From an uncultured Candidatus Saccharibacteria bacterium (lineage in GTDB: Bacteria > Patescibacteriota > Minisyncoccia > Phycocordibacterales > JACOZG01), in the NCBI GenBank assembly GCA_964567425.1, contig CAZMMP010000001.1, positions 1 to 34,572 of the forward strand: a stretch of DNA of 34,572 bases, read 5' to 3'. Positions within the stretch are counted from its first letter, which is position 1; every line of letters begins with the position of its first letter. Below are positions 7,777-16,492 of this stretch, piece by piece. The position numbers and the translations under genes were made by a program. Under the pieces are notes generated by a model. That model was given only the letters and a program-made list of their open reading frames with translations. It made no database searches and was not told where the DNA came from.

Positions 7777-9432
7777 TCAATGGGTATATTCTGGAGTATT
7801 TTGGAGCATCCAGTCGAAGACTTGGCGCATGACGTAGACGCCACCAATCGTGTTGGTGCGCGAGCCCCGCTCCATGACGACCGCAAAGGCGTAACGTGGC
7901 TGCTCATAAGGGAAAAAGCCCACCACCCACGAGTTGACATTAGCCTTGGAGACTCCGAGTTCGGCCGTACCCGTTTTAGCCGCCACGGCAAGATCGGGTA
8001 GGTTAAGCCCGGCGGCAACACCCTCGGTCGCGGAGAGTCGCATCCCATCGTGAACCACTTGATAATGTTCAGGCGCGATGCCAGTGATAGTCTCGGTCGC
8101 CGGGGTGGCGCCTTTCAATAAACTCGGCCGCACGAGCGTGCCGTTAGTGGCAATTGCTCCAATCGCCCGCACCGCCTCAAGCGGCGTGATCTGAAAGCCG
8201 TACTGGCCGATTACCGTATGGTAGGTGTCACCGATCCGCCACGGCTCACCGTCGAAATGTTCTGCCTTCCACTCGGGCGTGGGGATCGTCCCCACCGCTT
8301 CAGTCAAAAAATCGATGCCGGTTGGTTGATCCAGCCCAAAGAGGTGCGCGTATTTATCAATGGCCGCAATACCCATCCCTTTTTGATCGCCAAAGCCGCC
8401 GCCAATGCTATAAAAATAAACATCTGAAGACATGGCAATGGCATGGCGCAAGTCCAAATCACCAAGGGCCTTCCAGTCCCGAAACACGGAGTACGTCCCC
8501 GGATCATACGGGTTAGCCAAGCGGATCTCGCCACTCGAGTGAATCACCCGACCAGGTGAGACTACTCCCTCGTTTAAAGCACCTAAGGCCATGATTGGCT
8601 TAACAATTGAGCCGGGTGTGTAGAGCCCTTCAAGGGCGCGATTTAAAAAGGGCTGGCTTGGATCGGTGAGCGTGGCCTTAATTGCCGCGGCATCCTTGCC
8701 GCTCGAGAAAACATTGGGATCAAACTCCGGCGCACTGGTCATCGCCAACAACTCGCCCGTATGCACATCCATAATAACTCCCGCCCCCGCTTTAAACCGT
8801 CCTTCAGTGACCAGGGCCTTGATTCGATCGTAGAGCTCGGCTTGCAAACGCGAATCAATGGAGGTCGTTACCGACTCGCCGTGGGTTGGCTCGGCCAGCA
8901 AATGCTCTGACACCACCGCACCAGTGACATCCGTCTCTTCAATTTTTAGCCCCCGCTTACCCTCCAAAGTTCCGTTTTCTGCCTGCTCGATCCCCTCGCG
9001 ACCAACTAATTCCTTGGGATCATATTTTTTAGCCGCCAACTCCTTTTCCGTCGGATACCCAATATAACCCAGGAGATGGCCGAATCCCGGCGTGGGAATG
9101 TAGCGTCGGCCGGCAGCAGGATCATTCCACGCCAATTCGACCCCATTGCGATCCAGCACCAAGCCTCGCTCGGCAAAAATCGGCGTTTGGCGCAAACTGT
9201 TATTACTACTGCGCGCCGCCAAGGCCTCACCGCGAGCGATTTGCAGATTAGCCAGCTTACCCAAAAAGAGGAGCAAGCCAAGGGCAATTAAAGTGCCGAG
9301 CACGTAAAAGGCCAGCTTTCGAATTGGTTGTTCTAACCGGCCTTCAAAATGATGGACGTTAAATGCCGGCAAATTGGAAGAATCAAGAAAAATTTCGTCG
9401 GGATCAATTTGTTTCAGCGATTTAGATTTCAT
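7777..9432 (-). CDS. mrdA: Class B penicillin-binding protein 2 (elongasome transpeptidase)
   Basis: 551 aa with SxxK (GSIVKP), SxD (SSDVYF) and KTG (AAKTGTAE) motifs. Lies immediately downstream of mreBCD. Confidence 0.85.
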   Translation of the reverse strand: MKSKSLKQIDPDEIFLDSSNLPAFNVHHFEGRLEQPIRKLAFYVLGTLIALGLLLFLGKLANLQIARGEALAARSSNNSLRQTPIFAERGLVLDRNGVELAWNDPAAGRRYIPTPGFGHLLGYIGYPTEKELAAKKYDPKELVGREGIEQAENGTLEGKRGLKIEETDVTGAVVSEHLLAEPTHGESVTTSIDSRLQAELYDRIKALVTEGRFKAGAGVIMDVHTGELLAMTSAPEFDPNVFSSGKDAAAIKATLTDPSQPFLNRALEGLYTPGSIVKPIMALGALNEGVVSPGRVIHSSGEIRLANPYDPGTYSVFRDWKALGDLDLRHAIAMSSDVYFYSIGGGFGDQKGMGIAAIDKYAHLFGLDQPTGIDFLTEAVGTIPTPEWKAEHFDGEPWRIGDTYHTVIGQYGFQITPLEAVRAIGAIATNGTLVRPSLLKGATPATETITGIAPEHYQVVHDGMRLSATEGVAAGLNLPDLAVAAKTGTAELGVSKANVNSWVVGFFPYEQPRYAFAVVMERGSRTNTIGGVYVMRQVFDWMLQNTPEYTH

Positions 9433-9441
9433 GCCAAAAAT

Positions 9442-9711
9442 TTAGAGCCGCAGTCGATAACGCAATTCGTCACTAAGATAAACCAACACTACGAGCAACG
9501 CAGTTGCGACATACGCGAAGCCGAACCAGCCGGCGCCGGGCGCCCCATACAACACGTCAAAGAAGAGAGCCGGCAGCAACACCTCATAATAATGGGGTTC
9601 GAGAGCAATCGCCGCCAGCGCCGCCAGCCAAAAAAACCAAGCGGGCAACCAGAGCGCCGCCAGGAGAAGCACCACGAGATAACTCTCTCTAATGATCCAG
9701 GATTTCGACAT
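9442..9711 (-). CDS. mreD: Small polytopic membrane protein in the MreD position
   Basis: The start was moved to the internal ATG at 9711 (MSKSWIIRESY), which overlaps the mreC end by 23 nt. About three hydrophobic helices. The assignment rests mainly on gene order (mreC-X-mrdA). Confidence 0.45.
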   Translation of the reverse strand: MSKSWIIRESYLVVLLLAALWLPAWFFWLAALAAIALEPHYYEVLLPALFFDVLYGAPGAGWFGFAYVATALLVVLVYLSDELRYRLRL

Positions 9712-10495
9712 GGCGCAAGTCTCCGAGGACAAACGGCAATTCCACATACACGGTCTGGAGCGATTGGGCGGGATCACTCTTGACCGCCCCCACCACCCCT
9801 ACCGCTACCGGAGTGGTACTCGAGGCGGAAAGCGCCCACTCACCAACCGCTACCGGTACGCCGCGGGGTAAACTGATAGCCCAGGTGCCCGCGCCCTGGC
9901 CGATCGCCTCAACCGCCGTACCCGCCGCCCCAAGCCGAACGCCGGTGACCCGGCCGGGCGCCGACAGAAGTTCTATTTTCAGTACGGGGCCAGCTTGAGC
10001 CAGAACGCGGCCGAGGGTAAGCGTCCCGGCGCGGACCTCCGCGCCGGGACGCACTCGCACTTCGTCCCCCACCGCCACGCGCAGTAGGTTGTAGGGCAAA
10101 GGTCCCAGACTCGGCAAGACTTCGCCCGCAATCGCTCCGGGTTCGTTATGAATCAATGAGAGCTCGCGGCGCAACGACTCATTCGCCGCGCTTAATGCCT
10201 GGTTAGTGCTTGCCGCGGCTTGGAATTCGGCTAACTGGCTTTTCAACTGCTCATTTTCCACTATCAGATCGGCTCGAGAGCGGGTCATCGTCTCCACCGC
10301 GCGGCCAAAGGCCGCCTGGCCTTTGGCCGCGCCCGGCACCATAAACCCGGCCAGTTCGGCTAAAGGGTCAAAAATAACTTGGCCAAAAAACACCACGATA
10401 ACTAAGGTGAGAATAATGACCCCCACTCCCCACCAGGCAGTAGCCCGGCGCGGGCGACGCCCATACGCGCTAACCGGAAATCTCGTCGGCATCAT
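9689..10495 (-). CDS. mreC: Rod shape-determining protein MreC
   Basis: 268 aa with an N-terminal TM, a coiled coil (ENEQLKSQLAEFQAAAS) and a G/V-rich beta domain. Overlaps the mreB stop. Confidence 0.8.
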   Translation of the reverse strand: MMPTRFPVSAYGRRPRRATAWWGVGVIILTLVIVVFFGQVIFDPLAELAGFMVPGAAKGQAAFGRAVETMTRSRADLIVENEQLKSQLAEFQAAASTNQALSAANESLRRELSLIHNEPGAIAGEVLPSLGPLPYNLLRVAVGDEVRVRPGAEVRAGTLTLGRVLAQAGPVLKIELLSAPGRVTGVRLGAAGTAVEAIGQGAGTWAISLPRGVPVAVGEWALSASSTTPVAVGVVGAVKSDPAQSLQTVYVELPFVLGDLRHVEILDH

Positions 10496-11519
10496 GGATT
10501 AAAACGTCGTGATATTTTTCCATATTCTCGAGCACGACACCGGTGCCCCGCACCACCGCTGTGAGCGGATCTTCGGCGATACTAATGGGAATTTTAAGCT
10601 CGTACTCGAGCATCTCGCGCATGCCGCGGATCAAGGATCCTCCTCCGACCAACACAATCCCTTTATGCATCACGTCGGAGATAACCTCCGGCGGCGTTGA
10701 CTCTAAGACCTCGCGAATCGCGTCAATCAGCACCGTAATCGATCCTGAAATCGCTTCTTGGATATCGGCGGCAGTGAGCACGACCTCTTTCGGCAGACCC
10801 GTCACTAAATCACGGCCGCGGATCGTGGCATCGAGCGGCTCCTTCGACTTCCACACCGAGCCGATCGCCACCTTCACATCCTCGGCTGTTTTTTCGCCGA
10901 GCAAAATTTTAAATTCATCGCGGACGTAATTGATAATGTCGGCATTCAGGCGATCGCCCGCAATTTTTAAATTTTTTGATTTAACAATACCACCGAGCGA
11001 GATCACCGCGATATCGGTGGTGCCACCGCCAATATCAATTACCATGTGGCCGACCGGGTCATAGACCGAGAGCCGAATACCAATCGCCGCTGCCATCGGC
11101 TCCTCAATCACCAGCACCTTGCTGGCCCCCGCATTTTTCGCCGCATCGCGTACGGCCCGGATCTCCACATTAGTAATTCCTGACGGCACGCCGACCAAAA
11201 TGCGCGGTCGCCAAAATCGACGCGAGAGATGGGCGCTGACTTTGCGGATAAAGTACGCCAGCATCTCTTCGGTCACTTCGAAATTAGAGATGACGCCATC
11301 GACCAGCGGCCGCACCACCGTTAAGTGCTGGGGTGTCCGGCCGATCATCTGCTTCGCATCCGAGCCGATGGCCACCACGCGTCCCGTCTTCTCGTTTAAA
11401 GCCACGATGGTCGGCTCGTTGATTAAAATACCCTGCCCTTTGACGTAGACCAAGGTGTTAGCCGTACCAAGATCAATCCCGATATCGCCGGTAAAATATT
11501 TATAGAAGCGTTCGAACAT
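10470..11519 (-). CDS. mreB: Rod shape-determining actin homolog MreB
   Basis: DIGIDLGTANTLVYV phosphate-1 motif, DIGGGTTD and VLVGGGSL. The start was set at ATG 11519 (MFERFYKYFTGD). The longer track ORF from 11588 would run 89 nt into proS. Confidence 0.9.
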   Translation of the reverse strand: MFERFYKYFTGDIGIDLGTANTLVYVKGQGILINEPTIVALNEKTGRVVAIGSDAKQMIGRTPQHLTVVRPLVDGVISNFEVTEEMLAYFIRKVSAHLSRRFWRPRILVGVPSGITNVEIRAVRDAAKNAGASKVLVIEEPMAAAIGIRLSVYDPVGHMVIDIGGGTTDIAVISLGGIVKSKNLKIAGDRLNADIINYVRDEFKILLGEKTAEDVKVAIGSVWKSKEPLDATIRGRDLVTGLPKEVVLTAADIQEAISGSITVLIDAIREVLESTPPEVISDVMHKGIVLVGGGSLIRGMREMLEYELKIPISIAEDPLTAVVRGTGVVLENMEKYHDVLIHDADEISG

Positions 11520-12750
11520 GATCGGCATTATCGGCAAAAGTAACTTCTCCCGTGCGGCGATTTTTGAGCTCCAACTTCCCTTCCGCAATCGTTTTATCGC
11601 TCACGACCAGTCGCCAGGGAATACCCAAGAGATCGCTTTCCGCAAACTTCTCGCCCGGCTTCAAGTCGCGGTCGTCCCACAGCACTTCGGTACCCGTAGC
11701 CGCCAGCTCCCGATAGACCCGCTCAGCCTGGTCCCGCACCGCCGGATTAGCGCTTGGCAGCTCCAGCAGATGCACGGCAAACGGCGCGATCGCGGCCGGC
11801 CACACCAAACCTTTGTCGTCGGCGAGCACCTCGACGACCGCTCCCATCACCCGGCCGGGGCCAATGCCATAGGAACCCATAATCACCGCTTGCTCGACGC
11901 CTTTTTCGTCGCGATAACTTAAGTTGAGCGCGTCGGCAAAGCGAGTACCGAGACTAAAAATATTCCCCACCTCAATCGCTTTCCGGGGTACCAGATTCTC
12001 CTTATGCAAGCCAAGATCGGCCAGCACTTCGTCAGTGCAAACCTCCAAATTAACCGCGATCTTTTTCTCTTCGTCGACATAGACCGTGTCCTCGCCCGCT
12101 TCGGTCAAGGTTTGAAATTCGTGGGAATACGGGGCAAACATACCCCCCGAGGCAAAGGTAAGATACGTCACCGGACCCAAACCCACTTTGTCGAAAATCC
12201 GCGCATAACTCGCTTTCACTTTTTCATAAAACTCGGCGTGTTCGGCCTGGTTGCGTGAAAAGGAGTAGAGATCCTTCATCACGAATTCGCGACAGCGCAT
12301 GATGCCTGACTTTGCCCGCGTTTCGTTCCGAAATTTTGTTTGGAACTGATAAATAGCCCGAGGCAAGTCACGGTAGGACGCGATGAAGTTAGTAAGCAGC
12401 TTGGTGAGCGCCGCTTCGTGCGTGACGGCAAGACCAAGCTCCGTCTCATTTTTTAACTTGGTTTTGAACCAGACATCAACTTGAGCATCGTCCCATTGAT
12501 TGGTCGGCTCCCACGTCTCGCGCTCTTGGAGCGAACTTAAGACGACTTCTTCGCCGCCGAGCGCTCGCATCTCGTCGCGAATGATCTCTACAATTTTATT
12601 AAACACCCGCAAACCAAGGGGTAAATATGAGTACACTCCGGCCATTTCCTTATGCACAAACCCGGCTCGGATTAAGAGCTGGGCGTTCTTCGATACTTCA
12701 TCTTTCGGCGCCTCCCGTCGCGCTCGGGTGAAGAGTTGGCTTTGTCTCAT
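11500..12750 (-). CDS. proS: Proline--tRNA ligase, bacterial type but without the INS editing domain
   Basis: 416 aa. The N-terminus aligns with E. coli ProRS (MRQSQLF..LLIRAGF..GVYSYLPLG). Motif 2 is FRNETRAKSGIMRCREFVMKD and motif 3 is GSYGIGPGRVMGAVVE. Only about 130 aa separate motifs 2 and 3. Confidence 0.9.
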   Translation of the reverse strand: MRQSQLFTRARREAPKDEVSKNAQLLIRAGFVHKEMAGVYSYLPLGLRVFNKIVEIIRDEMRALGGEEVVLSSLQERETWEPTNQWDDAQVDVWFKTKLKNETELGLAVTHEAALTKLLTNFIASYRDLPRAIYQFQTKFRNETRAKSGIMRCREFVMKDLYSFSRNQAEHAEFYEKVKASYARIFDKVGLGPVTYLTFASGGMFAPYSHEFQTLTEAGEDTVYVDEEKKIAVNLEVCTDEVLADLGLHKENLVPRKAIEVGNIFSLGTRFADALNLSYRDEKGVEQAVIMGSYGIGPGRVMGAVVEVLADDKGLVWPAAIAPFAVHLLELPSANPAVRDQAERVYRELAATGTEVLWDDRDLKPGEKFAESDLLGIPWRLVVSDKTIAEGKLELKNRRTGEVTFADNADHVRTLL

Positions 12751-12756
12751 GCGCCT

Positions 12757-12785
12757 ATCTTACGCTATTACCCGAGAGGGGTCAA
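12757..12785 (-). promoter_or_regulatory. proS promoter TTGACC-17-TAAGAT, 6 nt before the ATG (leaderless layout)
   Basis: The minus strand reads TTGACC (12785..12780), a 17-nt spacer, TAAGAT (12762..12757), then aggcgc and the ATG at 12750. Confidence 0.55.
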
Positions 12786-12792
12786 AATAGAG

Positions 12793-12821
12793 TTGACAAA
12801 GATAATTATAGAGCTTAAATA
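12793..12821 (+). promoter_or_regulatory. Promoter TTGACA-17-TAAATA for the small plus-strand ORF
   Basis: Consensus -35 at 12793..12798, a 17-nt spacer and an A/T-rich -10 at 12816..12821. It lies back-to-back with the proS promoter. Confidence 0.4.
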
Positions 12822-12841
12822 GGGCAAGAAAGGAGTCCGTG

Positions 12842-13045
12842 ATGAAGCGAGTTCACGTGACGATAAAATTTACCGTGCGTACAGTCAAGGAAGCGCAAAA
12901 CTTGATTGAACAAATCAAACAAGCGCTTAGGGACCTGCCGGTTCACCAGAGAGGAGATGCCGAAGCATCCATCCTGAATCTACCCAAGGATAGGGAGAGG
13001 AGATTAGACAACAATAGAATCATTCGGGAGTCATTAGATTGGTAA
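12842..13045 (+). CDS. Small hypothetical protein (67 aa), stand-alone transcription unit
   Basis: AGGAG lies 6 nt before ATG 12842 (the track uses GTG 12839). It has its own promoter and a strong terminator. I recognise no family. Confidence 0.45.
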   Translation: MKRVHVTIKFTVRTVKEAQNLIEQIKQALRDLPVHQRGDAEASILNLPKDRERRLDNNRIIRESLDW

Positions 13046-13071
13046 CAACCGTATCTACCATCATCCTCTAA

Positions 13072-13107
13072 GCTTTCAGTCACCAGACTGAGAGCTTTTT
13101 CTTTTTT
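13072..13107 (+). terminator. Rho-independent terminator
   Basis: GCTTTCAGTC-acca-GACTGAGAGC forms a 10-bp stem with one G-U pair, followed by TTTTTCTTTTTT. Confidence 0.7.
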
Positions 13108-13110
13108 ACA

Positions 13111-14247
13111 CTACCCCACCAATTTCCAGATATCGTGGACGGTGACGAGGGCCATCAAGGTAAGGAGTAGGGCGAAACCGGCAAGATTGGCGTAATTGGC
13201 AATTTTAGGTTTGATCGGCGAGCCTTTAATTTTCTCGATGATTAAAAAGAGGAGACGGCCGCCGTCGAGGGCGGGGAACGGGATCAAATTAATCACGGCC
13301 AAATTGATCGAGATTAGAGCGGTGAAGCTCACCAAATAAATCCAGCCGAGACTACGGGCGTCGCCCACTAAGCCCACTAAACCCACCGGACCAGTAATGG
13401 CGGCCAAGTTTGATTGACCCCGGAGAGCGGTGACGGCGAGGCTGCCAAGTGCTCGAGCTGTCTCTTTCACTAATAGAGCAGTAAGCTCGAGCCCGCGCCA
13501 GAGCGCGACAAGGGGCGAGGCTTTGGCGAGCACGACCTCATCCAGACCAATCCCGATGGCTGGCGTTGCCGACCAGGAGCCCACCGTCGGGATGAGCATG
13601 GCGCGCTGCGCCATCGGAGGGGCTTTTGAATCGCTAGCCGCAAACATCCCTGCCGCTGGCGGGTGATACTGGAGTTGGAGCGCTTGACCGGCATGGCTGG
13701 CAATAAACTGTTGGACCTCACTGACCCCCAGTTTAACGAGTGAGCCATTGGGAGCAGAGAGACCCACAATTTCATCACCCGCCTTAAGACCAGCCCGCGC
13801 CGCCGGCGAATCTGGCACGACGCTGGTAATCAAAATTTTAGAGGGGCCGAGCGCGGTGAGTCCTGCCGCATCCCCCGTTGAGAGCGGCATCCCCACCGCA
13901 AACCCAATCGTAAAGAGCAACCAGGCGAGCAAGAGATTGAAAACGACGCCAGCTACCAATACCCAGGCTTGGATCCACTTAGATTTATGAACTAAGCTGC
14001 GCCGCTTGTCGGGACCGGCCAGCGCCGCCTCGTCTGGATCTTCGCCGAAAATTTTAACGAAGCCGCCGAACGGGATGAGATTGAGCGAATACTTAGTCTC
14101 GCCTTTGCCCCACTTAACGAGCGCGGGCGGGAAGCCGAGACCAAATTCATCCACGCGCACTCCGGCTGATTTGGCGGCCAGAAAGTGGCCAAGCTCATGC
14201 GAGAGGATCAGGACGGCAAGGATAATAATAAAGATGACAATCGTCAC
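13111..14247 (-). CDS. rseP: RIP site-2 zinc metalloprotease RseP (M50 family with PDZ domain)
   Basis: HELGHFLAAK (HExxH), a central PDZ region and NLIPFPALDGG. Confidence 0.9.
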   Translation of the reverse strand: MTIVIFIIILAVLILSHELGHFLAAKSAGVRVDEFGLGFPPALVKWGKGETKYSLNLIPFGGFVKIFGEDPDEAALAGPDKRRSLVHKSKWIQAWVLVAGVVFNLLLAWLLFTIGFAVGMPLSTGDAAGLTALGPSKILITSVVPDSPAARAGLKAGDEIVGLSAPNGSLVKLGVSEVQQFIASHAGQALQLQYHPPAAGMFAASDSKAPPMAQRAMLIPTVGSWSATPAIGIGLDEVVLAKASPLVALWRGLELTALLVKETARALGSLAVTALRGQSNLAAITGPVGLVGLVGDARSLGWIYLVSFTALISINLAVINLIPFPALDGGRLLFLIIEKIKGSPIKPKIANYANLAGFALLLTLMALVTVHDIWKLVG

Positions 14248-14260
14248 GAGATTTGGTTAG

Positions 14261-14812
14261 TTATTGCTCGATTTCGGCCGTCTTACGTTCAAAGGCCGCT
14301 TCAAGCTCTCGATTCTCCGCATCAACCAGCTTTTGCAATTCGTCTTTTAATTTAAATTTTTCGTCTTCCGAGACAGTTCCCTCCTTTTCTTCAGCTTGGA
14401 TTTCGTTCCACGTCCGCTCACGCTCTTTGCGGAGACTAATCCGCGCTTCCTCCAATTTCTCCTTAGCTAGTTTAGTTAAGAGCGTACGTTTGTCGGCGGT
14501 GAGCTCGGGGAAAATGACCCGGAGCGCATCGGCATCAGAGCGCACCGACACTCCCAAGTTCGCCGCTTGGATCCCTTGCTCCACGGATTTGAACTGGCTC
14601 TTGTCCCAGAGCGTCACTTTGAGCGTCCGCGGATCCTCGACACCAATCGAACCCACTTGCTTTAACGGCACGCGCGCCCCATAACTCTCCACCTGCACTC
14701 CGTCAAGCAAAGCGGGCGTCGCCCGGCCCGTGCGAATACTCGTAAACTCGCGCCCCAGCCACTCGCGCACTTCCCCGGCTCGGGCTTTAAATTCAGTAAA
14801 AGAATATGCCAT
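14261..14812 (-). CDS. frr: Ribosome recycling factor
   Basis: 183 aa with IRTGRATPALLD, a VRSDADALRVIFPELT-type core and a charged C-terminal helical bundle. Confidence 0.95.
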   Translation of the reverse strand: MAYSFTEFKARAGEVREWLGREFTSIRTGRATPALLDGVQVESYGARVPLKQVGSIGVEDPRTLKVTLWDKSQFKSVEQGIQAANLGVSVRSDADALRVIFPELTADKRTLLTKLAKEKLEEARISLRKERERTWNEIQAEEKEGTVSEDEKFKLKDELQKLVDAENRELEAAFERKTAEIEQ

Positions 14813-14818
14813 AGAGGG

Positions 14819-14827
14819 ATTGTAGCA
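14819..14827 (-). promoter_or_regulatory. Extended -10 (TGcTACAAT) 6 nt before the frr ATG (leaderless layout)
   Basis: The minus strand reads TGC TACAAT ccctct ATG. No SD is present. Confidence 0.5.
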
Positions 14828-14871
14828 TAAGCTGGCTTTTAGCTTCTACTTTGCGGCCATAGCATTAACTA

Positions 14872-14900
14872 TTGACAATAATAATTAACACTGTTAATGT
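14872..14900 (+). promoter_or_regulatory. Promoter TTGACA-17-(TGt)TAATGT overlapped by the 7-1-7 palindrome ATTAACAcTGTTAAT (14884..14898)
   Basis: Consensus -35, exact 17-nt spacer and an extended -10. The perfect inverted repeat covers the spacer and -10, so it looks like an operator. An extra ATTAAC half-site lies at 14864..14869. Confidence 0.45.
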
Positions 14901-14965
14901 AGGTGCAGATTTCTTTTCACCTAGCCGGCGCGAAATGCCTCGGCGAAATATAAGGAGATTGTGCA

Positions 14966-15780
14966 ATGAGGTACAAAGTTACAGACTTAAGGGACTTTGC
15001 TACTGCGGAAGAAGTGGAGAAGACCTATTACAGCTCTCCATTTTTGGGAGTGCGAGCGGGAATCATCCATGCTCTAGTTAGCGGAGATTACGAAAATTAC
15101 GATGAAAAGCAACAAGTTGATTGGAATGGATGGTCAATTTCCTGCTCAACGCTTGCCAGGAGCTCGTGGACACGGCGCGGGAGATGTCAGAAGCCAACAG
15201 AGCATTGCCTTATGCCCCGTCCAATGCTTCTTACGAGACATCGCAACGTGTCACTGACCAGAAAAACCGGTGGATAATCGGTTCGGAGCGTTTGGGACGC
15301 TTAGCCGGTAAGTGTATATTGCCCACACTCCGAAGCTACATTAATTACAGAGAGACCGCTTTTGGAGGGCAATCTGACGTAGACGCACCAGCCGAGCGGG
15401 CCTTAACCCTGATCTCTAGCTGGAATAGCGCCCCTTATTTGGATTTAGGGAAACAGCCGATGGATAAGACCAGAGGGAAGTTTCTTGAGATCTACTTTAA
15501 GCAATATGGCTATTCCCGAACAGACCAACTTCCACCAGAGTGGTATCAAGCGGTCATATTCGGGGGATTCTTTCACTTAATGGCATGCTTTTCCAATAAG
15601 GAGAAGACTGTTTTGCCACAAGTGATTGAGTTCTTAAAAAAGGCAGCGACTTGGGAAAAAGTCGAGCCTTCACTTACCACGCTTCGAGAGACTGTTGTGG
15701 GACGCCCCGTGGTCAACTATTTGACCTCCCTCTTGTGTGAGAACGGAAACCTCGACCAACTGGTTAAGCTAAAATCCTAG
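14966..15780 (+). CDS. Orphan hypothetical protein with a broken reading frame (frame 2 to frame 1 switch near 15121..15135); possible pseudogene or assembly error
   Basis: AAGGAG lies 8 nt before ATG 14966. The track gives ORF 14966..15277, whose tail after about aa 55 becomes R-rich and nonsense-like. The 219-aa ORF 15121..15780 starts right after a frame-1 TGA at 15118..15120 and has no SD. The region is AT-richer than its flanks. I recognise no family. Confidence 0.45.
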
Positions 15781-15805
15781 AGTAAGCCTGCACAAAACTA
15801 ACAGC

Positions 15806-15846
15806 GCCCGTCGACCCATAATAAGGTCCCGGGCTTTTTTCTTTTT
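15806..15846. terminator. Hairpin plus T-run between convergent genes, mainly a plus-strand terminator
   Basis: GCCCG/CGGGC and GACC/GGTC stems, followed by TTTTTTCTTTTT. It abuts the holB-like stop at 15845. Confidence 0.6.
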
Positions 15847-16492
15847 AAACTTGCAGCAACACAAGAGCAAGATGTTCCAAAATAAGTCGCGGCATGGCGG
15901 CGCGGTCGTGGAGATAATCGCGGGCGCGGATGAGCTCGGCAAAGTAAGGTCGATTTTCTGGGGTTACCCCTTCTTGGTGTAATACCTCCTCCATGCCGTT
16001 CACGAGCTTGAGCGCGGCCTGACGAGCCAGAGCCGGGAAACCTTCGTGCTCTTTTAAGAATTTTTGGATAAAACTTAACCGATCTTCAATATCGGCTGAC
16101 AAAAACTTTTTTATATCTTTGAGGGTTGAGGAACTATCACCTAAACGGTGTTCAAAATTAATTATCTCGCAGCGCGAGAGCAGCGTCGGTAACAAGTCAG
16201 TCACGGCGGACACCGCAAAAACAAAGTGATGCCCGAGCGCTGGTTCCTCTAGCGTCTTGAGCAAAGCATTTTGCGCCTCGAGCGTTATGGCGGCAAGCGT
16301 GAGCACCCAAAATTGCCGCTCCCCTTCCCCCAGCCGTCGCGCCCCACGTTCCTTAAACAGCCGACTCTCTTCAATCCCAAAATTTACAAACTCAAAATAA
16401 AAAGTGCTCGGCGGCAAAGATTGCTTGAGTTCGGCGATTATCTGCTCTCTATCTCCTACAATAATAGAAGCCTCGCGCGTAAGCCTGATCAT
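15845..16492 (-). CDS. holB: DNA polymerase III delta-prime-like clamp-loader subunit lacking an N-terminal P-loop
   Basis: LLKTLEEPALGHHFVFAV..LLPTLLSRC matches the sensor-1/SRC region of clamp-loader delta-prime. There is no GxxGxGK motif. TAATG overlap with the upstream mreB paralog. Confidence 0.7.
   Translation of the reverse strand: MIRLTREASIIVGDREQIIAELKQSLPPSTFYFEFVNFGIEESRLFKERGARRLGEGERQFWVLTLAAITLEAQNALLKTLEEPALGHHFVFAVSAVTDLLPTLLSRCEIINFEHRLGDSSSTLKDIKKFLSADIEDRLSFIQKFLKEHEGFPALARQAALKLVNGMEEVLHQEGVTPENRPYFAELIRARDYLHDRAAMPRLILEHLALVLLQV

Noticed and set aside
10470-11588. N-terminally extended track ORFs: mreB from 11588, eno from 28307, the second response regulator from 33149, mreD from 9777, and the DUF457-like gene from 28101.
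   Set aside because: The extensions have no homology to the respective families. They overlap upstream genes or promoter elements. Internal ATGs give canonical N-termini (MFERFYKYF.., [27 protein letters not shown]).
14861-14873. Shared motif AGCATTAACT(A/T)TT at 14861 and 34502, plus AGCATTAAT on the minus strand at 32414..32422, as a possible common operator for the response regulators.
   Set aside because: Matches of 9 to 13 nt between AT-rich intergenic regions are expected by chance in a window of this size. Several such pairs would be expected even among about 3 kb of spacers. Orientation relative to the downstream genes is also inconsistent.
14966-15277. Treating the 103-aa track ORF as an independent gene that overlaps the 219-aa ORF by 157 nt.
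   Set aside because: After about residue 55 the translation becomes R/C/T-rich nonsense (SCSTLARSSWTRRGRCQKPTEHCLMPRPMLLTRHRNVSLTRKTGG), while frame 1 over the same nucleotides is protein-like. A frame break in a single gene is more parsimonious.
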